A stretch of 64,000 nucleotides of DNA from Rebecca billardiae RCC1528 (GCA_965240325.2 OZ251231.1:1488001-1552000), one strand, 5' to 3'. Positions 1 to 10,619 are shown, counted from the stretch's first letter. A program made the numbers and translations. The notes: a model not told the origin generated them from the sequence alone.

Positions 1-3000
1 GGCGGGCTCGGTGGCGGCGAAGGCGGCGGTGCAGGTGGCGGGCTTGGCGGCGGCGACGGCGGTGGGCTCGGCGGAGGGCTCGGCGGAGCGCCCGGCGGTG
101 GCGGGCTGGGCGGAGGCGAAGGCGGTGGGCTCGGCGGCGGCGACGGTGGCGACTTGGGCGGCGGCGGACTCGGTGGTGGGCTCGGCGGTGGGCTTGGCGG
201 TGGGCTTGGCGGAGGCAGCGGTGGCGGCGGGCTCGGCGGCGGGCTCGGCGGCGGCGACGGCGGAGGGCTCGGAGGCGGCGAAGGTGGCGGGCTCGGCGGC
301 GGCGACGGCGGAGGGCTCGGAGGCGGCGAAGGCGGCGGTGAGGGCGGCGGTGCGGGCGGCTGGCTCGGCGGCGGCGGGCTGGGCGGCGGGCTCGGCGGCG
401 GCGACGGCGGCGGGCTCGGCGGTGGCGGCGACGGCGGCGGCGACGGCGGCGGCGAGGGCGGCGGGCTCGGCGGTGGCGGGCTGGGCGGCGGGCTGGGCGG
501 CGGGCTGGGCGGCGGGCTCGGCGGCGGGCTCGGCGGTGGCGATGGCGGCGGCGACGGCGGCGGCGACGGCGGCGGCGACGGCGGCGGGCTGGGCGGCGGG
601 CTCGGCGGCGGGCTGGGCGGCGGGCTGGGCGGCGGGCTGGGCGGCGGGCTCGGCGGCGGGCTCGGCGGTGGCGATGGCGGTGGGCTCGGCGGCGGGCTTG
701 GTGGTGGGCTCGGCGGCGGGCTTGGTGGCGGCGATGGCGGCGGGCTCGGCGGCGGGCTCGGCGGCGGGCTCGGCGGTGGCGATGGCGGCGGCGACGGTGG
801 TGGTGACGGCGGCGGCGAAGGCGGCGGGCTCGGCGGCGGGCTCGGCGGCGGACTTGGCGGCGGGCTCGGCGGCGGGCTCGGCGGCGGGCTCGGCGGCGGG
901 CTCGGCGGTGGCGATGGCGGTGGGCTCGGCGGCGGGCTTGGTGGTGGGCTCGGCGGCGGGCTTGGTGGCGGCGATGGCGGCGGGCTCGGCGGCGGCGATG
1001 GCGGCGGGCTCGGCGGTGGCGATGGCGGCGGGCTCGGCGGTGGTGATGGCGGCGGCGACGGCGGTGGTGACGGCGGCGGCGAAGGCGGCGGGCTCGGCGG
1101 CGGGCTCGGAGGCGGGCTCGGCGGCGGGCTTGGCGGCGGGCTCGGTGGCGGGCTCGGTGGCGGTGACGGCGGCGGTGACGGCGGCGGGCTCGGCGGCGGG
1201 CTCGGCGGCGGGCTCGGCGGCGGGCTCGGCGGAGGTGACGGTGGCGGCGACGGCGGCGGGCTCGGCGGTGGCGCAGGCGGCGGGCTTGGCGGCGGGCTGG
1301 GTGGTGGGCTTGGAGGCGGCGGGCTCGGCGGTGGCGACGGCGGAGGCGATGGCGGCGGGCTCGGTGGCGACGTTGGAGGCGGCGGGCTCGGCGGCGGCGA
1401 AGGCGGCGGCGAAGGCGGCGGAGACGGGGGCGGCGACGGGGGCGGACTCGGCGGCGGGCTTGGTGGCGGGCTTGGTGGTGGGCTCGGCGGTGGGCTCGGC
1501 GGCGGGCTCGGCGGCGGGCTCGGCGGCGGGCTCGGCGGCGGGCTCGGTGGTGGCGACGGCGGTGGGCTAGGCGGCGGAGGGCTAGGCGGCGGTGACGGCG
1601 GGGGACTCGGCGGAGGGCTTGGCGGTGGTGACGGCGGCGGGCTCGGAGGCGGGGTCGGCGGAGGACTTGGTGGCGGGCTCGGCGGCGGCGGGCTGGGCGG
1701 CGGACTTGGCGGCGGCGACGGTGGAGGCGAGGGCGGCGGGCTGGGCGGAGGTGAGGGCGGTGGGCTCGGTGGTGGGCTCGGTGGTGGGCTCGGCGGCGGT
1801 GGGCTTGGCGGTGGGCTTGGCGGCGGGCTCGGTGGTGGGCTCGGCGGCGGGCTCGGCGGAGGCGAAGGCGGCGGGCTTGGCGGTGGACTCGGAGGCGGTG
1901 ACGGCGGTGGGCTTGGAGGTGGAGACGGCGGCGGGCTTGGTGGAGGCGAGGGCGGCGGCGGCGAGGGTGGCGGCGAGGGTGGCGGCGAGGGCGGCGGCGA
2001 GGGTGGCGGCGAGGGCGGCGGGCTCGGTGGCGGGCTCGGTGGCGGGCTTGGCGGTGGCGACGGCGGAGGTGATGGCGGCGGTGACGGCGGCGGGCTCGGG
2101 GGAGGCGACGGCGGCGGCGGCGATGGCGGCGGTGACGGCGGCGGCGATGGCGGTGGGCTCGGCGGTGGCGACGGCGGCGGCGGCGATGGCGGTGGCGACG
2201 GCGGCGGCGACGGTGGTGGGCTCGGCGGCGGCGATGGCGGTGGGCTCGGCGGCGGGCTGGGCGGTGGGCTCGGCGGCGGCGACGGCGGCGGGCTCGGCGG
2301 TGGCGACGGCGGCGGGCTCGGGGGAGGCGACGGTGGCGGTGGTGATGGCGGCGGTGACGGCGGCGGCGATGGCGGCGGGCTCGGCGGCGGCGACGGCGGC
2401 GGCGGTGACGGCGGTGGCGACGGCGGTGGCGACGGCGGCGGGCTCGGCGGTGGCGATGGCGGCGGGCTTGGCGGCGGGCTGGGTGGTGGCGATGGCGGCG
2501 GCGACGGCGGTGGCAACGGCGGCGGTGATGGTGGCGGGCTTGGCGGCGGTGACGGCGGCGGGCTCGGCGGTGGTGACGGCGGCGGCGACGGCGGCGGTGA
2601 CGGCGGCGGCGGCGATGGCGGCGGTGACGGTGGTGGCGATGGCGGCGGGCTCGGCGGTGGCGATGGCGGCGGCGGCGACGGCGGTGGCGACGGCGGCGGT
2701 GATGGCGGCGGGCGCGGCGGCGGTGACGGCGGAGGGCTCGGCGGAGGTGACGGCGGCGGCGATGGCGGCGGTGACGGTGGCGGTGATGGTGGCGGGCTTG
2801 GTGGCGGTGAAGGCGGCGGGCTTGGCGGAGGTGACGGCGGCGGCGATGGCGGCGGTGACGGCGGCGGCGGCGATGGCGGTGGTGACGGCGGTGGCGATGG
2901 CGGCGGGCTCGGTGGTGGCGACGGCGGCGGCGGCGATGGCGGCGGCGACGGAGGCGGTGATGGTGGCGGGCTCGGCGGCGGTGATGGTGGTGGGCTCGGC

Positions 3001-5582
3001 GGCGGTGACGGCGGTGGGCTCGGCGGTGGTGACGGCGGCGGTGATGGTGGCGGGCTTGGTGGCGGTGATGGTGGCGGGCTTGGTGGCGGTGATGGCGGCG
3101 GCGATGGCGGTGGTGACGGCGGCGGTGGCGACGGCGGCGGTGATGGTGGTGGGCTCGGTGGCGGTGACGGAGGTGGGCTCGGCGGTGGGCTGGGCGGCGG
3201 GCTTGGTGGCGGGCTCGGCGGGGGCGATGGCGGCGGGCTCGGCGGCGGGCTCGGCGGTGGTGACGGCGGTGGCGATGGCGGCGGTGACGGCGGCGGCGGG
3301 CTCGGCGGTGGCGATGGCGGTGGCGATGGCGGAGGGCTCGGTGGCGGCGGGCTCGGCGGCGGCGACGGCGGAGGGCTCGGCGGCGGGGAGGGCGGTGGCG
3401 AGGGTGGCGGCGGGCTCGGCGGCGGGCTTGGTGGCGGGCTGGGCGGCGGGCTCGGCGGCGGAGACGGCGGTGGGCTCGGCGGTGGGGACGGCGGTGGCGG
3501 CGATGGCGGTGGTGACGGCGGCGGCGACGGCGGCGGGCTCGGTGGCGGCGAGGGTGGCGGACTCGGCGGCGGGCTCGGCGGCGAGGGCGGCGAATAGGGC
3601 GGGGGGCTCGGTGGCGGGCTCGGTGGCGGGCTCGGTGGCGGAGGGCTTGGCGGAGGGGTCGGCGGTGGGCTCGGCGGCGGGCTCGGTGGTGGGCTTGGCG
3701 GCGGGCTGGGCGGCGGACTTGGCGGCGGCGGGCTTGGCGGCGGGCTGGGCGGCGGGCTCGGCGGCGGGCTCGGCGGCGGGCTTGGTGGAGGCGATGGCGG
3801 CGGCGATGGCGGCGGGCTTGGCGGCGGGCTCGGCGGCGGGCTCGGCGGTGGCGGGCTCGGCGGTGGCGACGGAGGAGGGCTGGGTGGGGGCGGGCTGGGC
3901 GGCGGGCTGGGTGGCGACCCCGGTGGCGGGCTCGGCGGCGGGCTCGGCGGCGGGCTCGGCGGCGGTGGGCTCGGCGGCGGGAGCGGAAGCGGAGGCGGGC
4001 TCGGTGGTGGCGACGGCGGCGGGTTCGGTGGCGGGCTCGGAGGCGGGCTCGGTGGCGGCGACGGCGGCAGGCCCGGTGGCGGGCTCGGCGGCGGGCGTGG
4101 TGGCGGCGAAGGCGGCTGGCCCGGCGGCGGGCTCGGCGGCGGGCTGGGGGGCGCACCAGGCGGCGGAGGCGACGGAGGAGGGCTGGGCGGAGGGCTGGGC
4201 GGAGCGCCTGGCGGCTCCTGAGGCGGACTCGGCGGCGGTGACGGAGGCGGCGCCGGCGGCGAGGGAGACGCCGGCGGCGACGGTGGAGGGGATGGCGGTG
4301 GCGGCGGCGGCGGGGGCGACGGTGGGGGCGATGGTGGCGCGCTCGGCGGCGGGCTCGGCGGCGGGCTCGGTGGCGGGCTCGGCGGCGGCGGGCTCGGCGG
4401 TGGCGCTGGGCTGGGCGGAGGGCTCGGCGGCGGCGACGGCGGCAGGCTCGGTGGCGGGCTCGGTGGCGGGCTAGGCGGGGGGCGCGGTGGAGGGCTCGGC
4501 GGTGGGCTCGGCGGAGGGCTCGGCGGCGGGCTCGGCGGTGGCGACGGTGGCGGGCGAGGGGGCGGCGACGGGGGCGGACTCGGTGGCGGCGGGCTGGGAG
4601 GCGGGCTCGGCGGCGGCCTTGGTGGGGGCGGCGAGGGCGGCGGGCTCGGCGGGGGCGGCGATGGCGGCGGGCTCGGCGGGGGCGACGGCGGCGGTGACGG
4701 CGGCGGAGGGCTCGGTGGCGGCGAAGGCGGCGGCGGGCTCGGCGGGGGCGAGGGCGGTGGGCTGGGCGGCGGTGGGCTGGGCGGCGGTGACGGTGGCGGC
4801 GGGCTTGGCGGCGGACTTGGCGGCGGGCTCGGCGGTGGCAGCGGTGGCGGCGGGCTCGGCGGCGGCGACGGCGGCGGTGGGTTCGGCGGCGGGCTCGGTG
4901 GCGGAGAGGGAGGCGGCGGGAGCGGTGGGGGCGACGGTGGCGGCGCGGGCGGCGGGCTCGGCGGCGGTGGCCCAGGTGGTGGCGAAGGTGGCGGCGGTGG
5001 CGCGGGCGGCGAGGGTGGCGCACTCGGCGGTGACGGCGGTGACGGCGGTGGCGCGGGCGGCGATGGTGGCGGGCTCGGCGGCGGGGCTGGAAGCGTCGCG
5101 GCCAGCGACGGCACAAGCGGGGTCAGCACACCCAGCAGCGCCACCGTGCCATGGGCGAGCCTAAGCGACCGGGAGCGCCTGCCCGCGCGGCGCCGCCCCC
5201 GGCCGCTAACGCCCGCAGCGTGCAACGCGGGCGGGACGATGGCCACAACGGCGACGGCGGCGGCGACGGCAGCGGCATGCGGTCTCGCGCGGTACCTGCA
5301 CACCGCGTGCGAGGAGGCGCGGCTGAGCGCCCACGCGCGCGCGGGGCAGGCGCAGCCGCGCCGCGCGTGCACGCAGCGCCAAGGACGCGTCGTCGGGCCG
5401 CACCATGTCTGCACGCGGGCGGCATGTGCGCCACCAGCGCACGCTGAGTGCGGGAGGCCGTCGGGGCTCGAAGCAGGTAAGGCGGCCAGCATCATGCCGA
5501 TGGCGAGTGCCCACGCACCGCGCCGCGCCGGCGCGCCTGGCGACGTGCCGGCGCGACGGCTGCCTGGGGCCCCGGCGCACAT
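1..5582 (-). CDS. Giant Ser-Pro3 (SPPP) repeat, extensin/pherophorin-like hydroxyproline-rich glycoprotein; 3' end lies beyond the left edge of the window
   Basis: The minus frame from ATG 5582 reads MCAGAPGSRRAGTSPGAPARRGAWALAIGMMLAALPASSP...GTVALLGVLTPLVPSLAATLPAPPPSPPPSPPAPPPSPP. The same frame still reads PSPPPSPPP at position 3. The + strand L/D/E variants all collapse to Ser (AGY/TCN) on the minus strand, and the + frame stop at 3595 corresponds to a Tyr codon. The ORF track omits it, most likely because it has no stop in the window. A short intron near 5296-5403 is possible. Confidence 0.85.
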   Translation of the reverse strand, partial: MCAGAPGSRRAGTSPGAPARRGAWALAIGMMLAALPASSPDGLPHSACAGGAHAARVQTWCGPTTRPWRCVHARRGCACPARAWALSRASSHAVCRYRARPHAAAVAAAVAVVAIVPPALHAAGVSGRGRRRAGRRSRSLRLAHGTVALLGVLTPLVPSLAATLPAPPPSPPPSPPAPPPSPPSPPSAPPSPPAPPPPPSPPPGPPPPSPPPAPPPSPPPLPPPPSPPPSPPPNPPPPSPPPSPPPPLPPPSPPPSPPPSPPPPSPPPSPPPPSPPPSPPPSPPPPSPPPSPPPPSPPPSPPPSPPPSPPPPSPPPSPPPPRPPPSPPPSPPPPSPPPSPPPRPPPSPPPSPPPSPPPSPPPSPPPRPPPSPPPSPPPSLPPSPPPSPPPSPAPPPSPPPPSPPPSPPPSPPPSAPPSPPPSPPPPPPPPSPPPSPPASPSPPAPPPSPPPSPPQEPPGAPPSPPPSPPPSPPPPGAPPSPPPSPPPGQPPSPPPRPPPSPPPGLPPSPPPSPPPSPPPNPPPSPPPSPPPLPLPPPSPPPPSPPPSPPPSPPPGSPPSPPPSPPPPSPPPSPPPSPPPPSPPPSPPPSPPPSPPPSPPPSPPPSPPPSPPPSPPPSPPPPSPPPSPPPSPPPSPPPSPPPTPPPSPPPPSPPPSPPPSPPPYSPPSPPSPPPSPPPSPPPSPPPSPPPSPPPSPPPPSPPPSPPPSPPPSPPPSPPPSPPPSPPPPSPPPSPPPSPPPSPPPSPPPPSPPPSPPPSPPPSPPPPSPPPSPPPSPPPSPPPSPPPSPPPSPPPSPPPSPPPSPPPSPPPSPPPSPPPSPPPPSPPPSPPPSPPPSPPPSPPPSPPPSPPPSPPPSPPPSPPPSPPPSPPPSPPPSPPPSPPPSPPPPSPPPSPPPSPPPSPPPSPPPPSPPPSPPPSPPPSPPPSPPPSPPPSPPPSPPPSPPPSPPPSPPPSPPPRPPPSPPPSPPPSPPPPSPPPSPPPSPPPSPPPSPPPPSPPPSPPPSPPPSPPPSPPPSPPPSPPPLPPPSPPPSPPPSPPPSPPPSPPPSPPPSPPPSPPPSPPPPSPPPSPPPSPPPSPPPSPPPPSPPPSPPPSPPPSPPPSPPPSPPPSPPPSPPPSPPPSPPPSPPPSPPPSPPPPSPPPSPPPSPPPSPPPSPPPPSPPPSPPPSPPPSPPPSPPPSPPPSPPPSPPPSPPPSPPPSPPPSPPPSPPPPSPPPSPPPSPPPSPPPSPPPSPPPSPPPSPPPSPPPSPPPSPPPSPPPSPPPPSPPPSPPPSPPPSPPPSPPPSPPPSPPPSPPPSPPPPSPPPSPPPTPPPSPPPSPPPSPPPSPPPSPPPSPPPPSPPPSPPPSPPPSPPPSPPPSPPPSPPPSPPPSPPPSPPPSPPPSPPPSPPPSPPPSPPPSPPPPTSPPSPPPSPPPSPPPSPPPPSPPPSPPPSPPPAPPPSPPPSPPPSPPPSPPPSPPPSPPPSPPPSPPPSPPPSPPPSPPPSPPPSPPPSPPPSPPPSPPPSPPPSPPPSPPPSPPPSPPPSPPPSPPPSPPPSPPPSPPPSPPPSPPPSPPPSPPPSPPPSPPPSPPPSPPPSPPPSPPPSPPPSPPPSPPPSPPPSPPPSPPPSPPPSPPPSPPPSPPPSPPPSPPPSPPPSPPPSPPPSPPPSPPPSPPPSPPPSPPPSPPPSPPPSPPPSPPPSPPPSPPPSPPPSPPPSPPPSPPPPSPPPSPPPSPPPSPPPPSPPPSPPPSPPPSPPPPSQPPAPPPSPPPSPPPSPPPSPPPSPPPSPPPSPPPSPPPSPPPSPPPPLPPPSPPPSPPPSPPPSPPPPKSPPSPPPSPPPSPPPSPPPPGAPPSPPPSPPPSPPPSPPPAPPPSPPPSP

Positions 5583-6138
5583 CGTTCTCTGCTATCTCGA
5601 TACTACCCGACGACAGTATTCGGAGCAAAGGGCTGCCCGGAGCGAGCTTGATTTTGTTCACCCTCTCCACTGTTCAGCTTGGTGGGCAGCTTCCGCGCGC
5701 GCGTTTAGCGCAACAACCCGTTACGCGTACGGCTTATCACAGATACGGGCCATGGGAATCTCTTCAACGGGTTACTTTATGAAAATGCGACGGGTAAAGT
5801 TTAAAGCCAATATGAAGTGCCTGCCGGGTGTTCTCAATGATAAAAATAGCTCGTATGGGGGTAATCACGATTCGCAACCCGCCTTCGCCATCCTTATTTC
5901 CTTGCTGCGGACGGATCGGCCGGTTGTGACGAGGCTCAGAGCCAAGCATCGAGGACCGCCAACTCGTTCTGAAACGAGCTGAACAGGCAGTGTCAAGTGA
6001 CGACACCGCCCCCAGCATCAGCAGGAGGCACCGGCCACAGCATCAGCCGCAGGCGGGCCGCGCGGCGTAGGCAGCGGCACCGCCTCGGGCCGGACATTGA
6101 GCCGCGGACGGGAGAGTCGGTGGCCCGCCGACGGGGCG

Positions 6139-7679
6139 TCAGCGAGCCTCCGCCGCCGCTGCCGCCGCGTCGCGCTCCGCCGCCTCCGCCGCCTCCGCCA
6201 TCCGCTTCGATGACCTGCGCCGCGTGAAGACCGCCTCCGTCGCGCCGACGGGCACCTTCTTCGCGTCGACGAGGATGCCTGCCTGGATCGCCGTGCCGCG
6301 CGCCACCGCTTCCTCCGGCGGCAGCGCGCAGTTGGGCTCCTTGCCGCCCAGCAGCGCCGTGAGCCGCGTTCGGATGGCGGGGATGCGGGTCGAGCCGCCC
6401 ACGAGCACGAGCTCGTCCACCTGTGGCCACGCGCGAGGGCGCGGGCGCGGGCCGTGCGTAAGCGATGCTCGCGCCCGCTGCGGCCGACGGCGTGCCGGGC
6501 GCGCGTGCCCGCGGCCGCTCGCGCGCACGCCAGCGCGGGGCGCGCGGGGCGCGCGCGCACATCGTCGATACTCATCTCGAGCTCGGCGAGCAGCTCGTCG
6601 ACCGGCGCCATCGCCGCGTTGACGAACGGCTCGATCAGCCGCTCGAGCCCCTGGCGCGACAGCGTGATCATCGGCCGCTCCCCGCCCCCCAGCTCGACCG
6701 GCACGCTCACTTCCGCGTCCGCGGGCCTGCGGCACTCCCCCGTGCACTCGCAGCGCGACGAGAGCGCCACCTTGAGCCGCTCGACCGCGGCGCGCAGCGC
6801 GGCGGCGGTGGCGTGGTCCTCCTCGCGGCCGGCGAGCGGCGAGGCCGCGTCGGTGAGGAAGTGCCGCGCGAGGATCCGGTTCACGTCCTGCCCGCCGAGG
6901 AAGTTGTTCCCCGCCGCGCTCACGACCGAGAAGATGCCGTTGTCGAGGTGGAGCAGCGAGACGTCGAGCGTGCCGCCGCCGAGGTCGTACACCATCACGG
7001 TGCGCACGGAGGGGCGGTCGTGCAGCCCGTACGCGATCGCGGCGGCGGTCGGCTCGTGCAGCAGCCGGAGCACCTCCACGTTCGCCAGCCGCGCCGCCTC
7101 GCGCGTCGCGTTGCGCTGCGCCTCGGAGAAGTCGACAGGGACAGCGAGCACGGCCGCGCGCACGGGCCGCCCGATGTGACCCTCCGCCGCGCGCCGCAGC
7201 TTCTCGAGGACCATCGCGCTGATCTGCTCGGCGCGCACGGGGCGCGGCGCGCCGCGCGGCAGGATGTGCGTCTCCGCGCGCCGCCGCTCCTCGCTCCACC
7301 CGCGCACCACGTCGAACGGCAGCTGCGCCGCCTCGAGCGCGAGCGACTCCGGCGCCTCGTCGTCGTACGCGCGGCCGATGAAGCGCTTCGCGTCGTACAC
7401 GATGCCGTAGTCGGGGCCCGCGGCGTGCGCCGCGCGCCCAACGATCGGGTCCGACCCGTCCTTCAGCGCGACCACGCTCGGGAGGATGGTCGAGTTCGCC
7501 TCGACCTCGATCACGTGCACGCGGCCGTGATCAAACACGGCGACGCACGAGAACGTCGTGCCGAGGTCGATGCCCACGGTGGTGGACGGCGCGGGGGGGA
7601 TGATGTTGCGCAGTGCGGCGGCGAGCACGACCAATGAGAGCCCGGCCGCCATCATCATGTCCCCTCCGGGCGTCTGCAT
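6139..7679 (-). CDS. Hsp70-family ATPase-domain-only protein with N-terminal hydrophobic signal/anchor (HSPA13/STCH-like); intron 6421-6560
   Basis: Motifs GIDLGTTFS, EPTAAAIAYGL, DLGGGTLDVS and, after the GT..AG intron, VDELVLVGGSTRIP and PEEAVARG. The protein stops shortly after the nucleotide-binding domain, with no substrate-binding domain. Confidence 0.85.
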
Positions 7680-8487
7680 CCCGCTGCTCCGGACCCCTTC
7701 GAGTTGATCAGCCGCCGGCCTCGTGGCGGTGATTCACTGATTCCCTGATGGCACTGATGAAGTAGTGAAGCACAATAGACAATAGCAGTACATACTGTAC
7801 AGAACGCAATAAGTCACTTACCCGGCATTAGCTTTCAGCGGTCGTCAGGTCGCAGAAAGTGGTGCGGATCTTTTGCTCTTCGCGTGCACGAACGCGAGCG
7901 CTGCATCGGTGCAGCTGCGGCCGCGGCGCACGATGGCGCGAGGGGCGTTGGTGACAAGCGCGTGCGGGAGTAGCAGGTGGTCATCTTCATCTCTAGCTGA
8001 AGCTCGTGCGCACATGCGCACCTGGCGTTTAGCGCACCAAGCACCATCACCTTCACCTCCGCAGCGGTCGTAACTAGGGATGCCGCCTCGAGTTCGCGCA
8101 CCGCCAGCCACAGTCGGCAGATGTCCTCACGCGTGAGCTGCGGCTGCTGCGGTGCCTGAGCAGCATTGGTGCCGCAGGCCGCGGACCGAGGCCGAGCCAC
8201 GGCGGCGGCACTTGAGGCGCGGGAGTGCTATGTGACCGTGTCCGAGTGGCAGCGCCGAATGCGAAATCCGCCGAGTGTAGTCACTCTCATGTTGGCTCAC
8301 GGGCCGCAGCGAACCGGGTCAGCGCCTCACGCGGCACGACTGTCGACTCACGACGGCGTGACTCGACTGCGGTCGGATCACGGCTGATCACAGATCAGAG
8401 TTACACTATTATAAACACTCGACCGGCGGTACGGAGTCCGGATCTGGCAGGCTGACCAGTGACCGCAGGCGACAGTGAGTACTTCAA

Positions 8488-8562
8488 CTGCGACGGAGAG
8501 ACCGCGGGCCCCCAACAGCCAATTGCGTTGATTCTACGGAAAAGGACCGCGGAACGCGGTCA
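8488..8562 (+). mobile_element. Orphan hairpin end (E0) of the Helitron2/Helentron-like element family
   Basis: cgacggagagaccgcgggccc...ttctacggaaaaggaccgcggaacgcggtca is the reverse complement of the termini at 10620, 12422 and 19181. No matching opposite end was found upstream. Confidence 0.65.
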
Positions 8563-8696
8563 GAGTTATTAGACGCAGCCGGGAGTGCTCTCACTACAGA
8601 CTGCTTGCGCTGGCGCCGGCGGCCAATGGGCCGGATGTGACTGGCTCCGCACGGCCGCACGCGGCACTCTGCAGTGCGCGACTACGAGCGCCGGCA

Positions 8697-10577
8697 TCAC
8701 ACGCGTCGACTACTGCGCAGTGTCGCCTCTGACAGATTCCAATACCGCCGCCACTGCCGGCGACCGGCGCCCGCCATCACCTCGGTGCTGACAGTGTGCG
8801 AGCGCAGCCCGTGGGCACCCGCGTAGTGACGGGGCCCATCAGTGCCCAACTCCGCACCATCCGCGCCGGCCTCGGCCGCCTCGGCCGCCGGCCCGCCGCA
8901 CAGCAGCACGGGCTCTCCTGACGCAAGCTCGAGATTGCGCCGCAGGTGCGCGACCGAGCCAGCGGGCGCGCACGACGAGTGCGCTCGCACCCAGTCGAAG
9001 ATCTGCTCGCACCAGGCTTGCACGAGGCGCGTGCAGTCGGCTGGGAGCACCCCGGGCACGGCGGGCGCGAGCGGCTCGCAGCGCCCGCGACACGAGCCGT
9101 CCGCCGGACCGCCGGCCGGGCAGCGCTGCCGCAGCACAGCCGTCGGCGGGTCGGCCGAGTACCGGAGCGTGCACGCGGCGCTGTCCACGGAGAGCTGGGG
9201 CGCGACGGGGCCGCGCCACACCATCGGCCACTGCGACCGCGTCCACACGTCGGTGCAGTACGCCATCGGCCACAGCCGCTGCGTCTTCCAGAACGAGTAG
9301 ACAGTATAAACATTGACAGCGTGCACCAGCGGGGGCACCGCTGGAGTCCCCGCCGAAGTGCGCGCCGTGCGGCCCGGTGGTGGCGCGCCCTGCCGCAAAC
9401 GCGCGCGCAGCGCCTCGAGAGGCCCCGTGGGCAGGCCCAGCACCGCGCCAGGGAGGCCAATGAGCGGGGACAGGCGCATGTTCGGGTCGATGAGCAGCGT
9501 GCGCCCCGAGCTTCGCTCGATCCGAAAGTCGATCTGGCCGGCGCCCGTGAAGCCGAGCGCGCGCATCAGCGTGCCGAACACGCGCGCCGCCTCGGGCAGG
9601 TTGGCCGTGCGATACATCTGGCCCGCGCCTGTGTCGCCTGCGTATGCGAGAGAGACGTAGCCGAAGCCAGCGACCACCTCGCCGTCGACCACCGTGCCTA
9701 TCCACGACACCGTCACGCCCTCCACATACGCCTCCAGCAGCAGGCTCGCACGCGCCTTGGCCGCGCGCCGCACGGCCTCGCGCAGCTGCGGTGCCGTGCG
9801 GCAGATGCGCACGCCCCTGCCGATGCCATCGACCGAGGTCTTGGCGACGAGCGGCAGGCGCTGCGCGAGCTGCTCGAGCTCGGCCGTGCCCACGCGGGCC
9901 ACGGACGATGGCTTGAGCGTCGTCTGCCACGCCAACGGTAGCCCGAGCTGCGCCGCCAGCTGGAGTGTGCGCAGCTTGTCCGTGTGCCACCTCCAGTGCT
10001 CACGTACGCGCGGGAGCGAGCAGACAAGCGTGGCGAGCGCATGCTCCTGCGCATGCGTGCGCGTGCTCAGGGCCTCGAGCCGTTTGGCCAGTTGGACCAT
10101 CAGCAGCGTCGACGTGCGGTAGTCCGCCAGCACGATGGCCGGCGCCCACTCCACGATGGCCGCCTCGAGCGCGCTCACTTGCGGGAGACCGTGCCGTGGC
10201 GTGCGAGCGTACCGGATGGTGTTAGTCGACGACGAGGTGTTCCACAGGCCGTACCAGGGGCTATGCCGGCTCACCTGGTGCCAAGAGATCAGCACACCCA
10301 CCTCCCATCCCGCGCCGTGCAGGTCGGTCGCGTACTGCGGCAGTAGGCCCGGCCCGTTCGACGTCGACGTCAGGGCAACCACGAGCACGCGCGAGCCCCC
10401 GCCCAGCCGCGCGGCGTGGCACGCGTCGGCGCCGCGCTCGGGCGCGGTGCTGCCGGGCGCCGGTGAGGACGACAGCGTGCGTGCGCCTCCGCTAGCACCG
10501 CCGTGCGCCGCGCGGAAGAGGAGGAGGGCCGCGAGCAGGCAGTGATGGCGCCAGGAGCGCCGCACGACGACTGCCAT
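8697..10577 (-). CDS. ATP-grasp fold (carboxylate-amine ligase-like) protein with predicted signal peptide; intronless
   Basis: MAVVVRRSWRHHCLLAALLLFRAAHGG signal-like N-terminus. ATP-grasp motifs TDKLRTLQLAAQLGLP, PLVAKTSVDGIGRGVRI, LLEAYVEG, GFTGAGQIDF and LIDPNMRL. Cys-rich C-terminal part. Confidence 0.75.
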   Translation of the reverse strand: MAVVVRRSWRHHCLLAALLLFRAAHGGASGGARTLSSSPAPGSTAPERGADACHAARLGGGSRVLVVALTSTSNGPGLLPQYATDLHGAGWEVGVLISWHQVSRHSPWYGLWNTSSSTNTIRYARTPRHGLPQVSALEAAIVEWAPAIVLADYRTSTLLMVQLAKRLEALSTRTHAQEHALATLVCSLPRVREHWRWHTDKLRTLQLAAQLGLPLAWQTTLKPSSVARVGTAELEQLAQRLPLVAKTSVDGIGRGVRICRTAPQLREAVRRAAKARASLLLEAYVEGVTVSWIGTVVDGEVVAGFGYVSLAYAGDTGAGQMYRTANLPEAARVFGTLMRALGFTGAGQIDFRIERSSGRTLLIDPNMRLSPLIGLPGAVLGLPTGPLEALRARLRQGAPPPGRTARTSAGTPAVPPLVHAVNVYTVYSFWKTQRLWPMAYCTDVWTRSQWPMVWRGPVAPQLSVDSAACTLRYSADPPTAVLRQRCPAGGPADGSCRGRCEPLAPAVPGVLPADCTRLVQAWCEQIFDWVRAHSSCAPAGSVAHLRRNLELASGEPVLLCGGPAAEAAEAGADGAELGTDGPRHYAGAHGLRSHTVSTEVMAGAGRRQWRRYWNLSEATLRSSRRV

Positions 10578-10619
10578 ACATACCGTACCATACCTCACTC
10601 CGCGATAAGTAAATTCCAG

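Noticed and set aside
11-5164. Long Gly-rich (154-3597) and Ala-rich (11-1570, 1592-4474, 4487-5164) + strand ORFs
   Set aside because: They are antisense shadows of the SPPP gene. They lack ATG starts, and stops interrupt them while the repeat continues.
7835-8455. Short ORFs upstream of E0 (e.g. 7835-8200)
   Set aside because: No recognisable domain; possibly decayed element interior, but not supportable as a gene.
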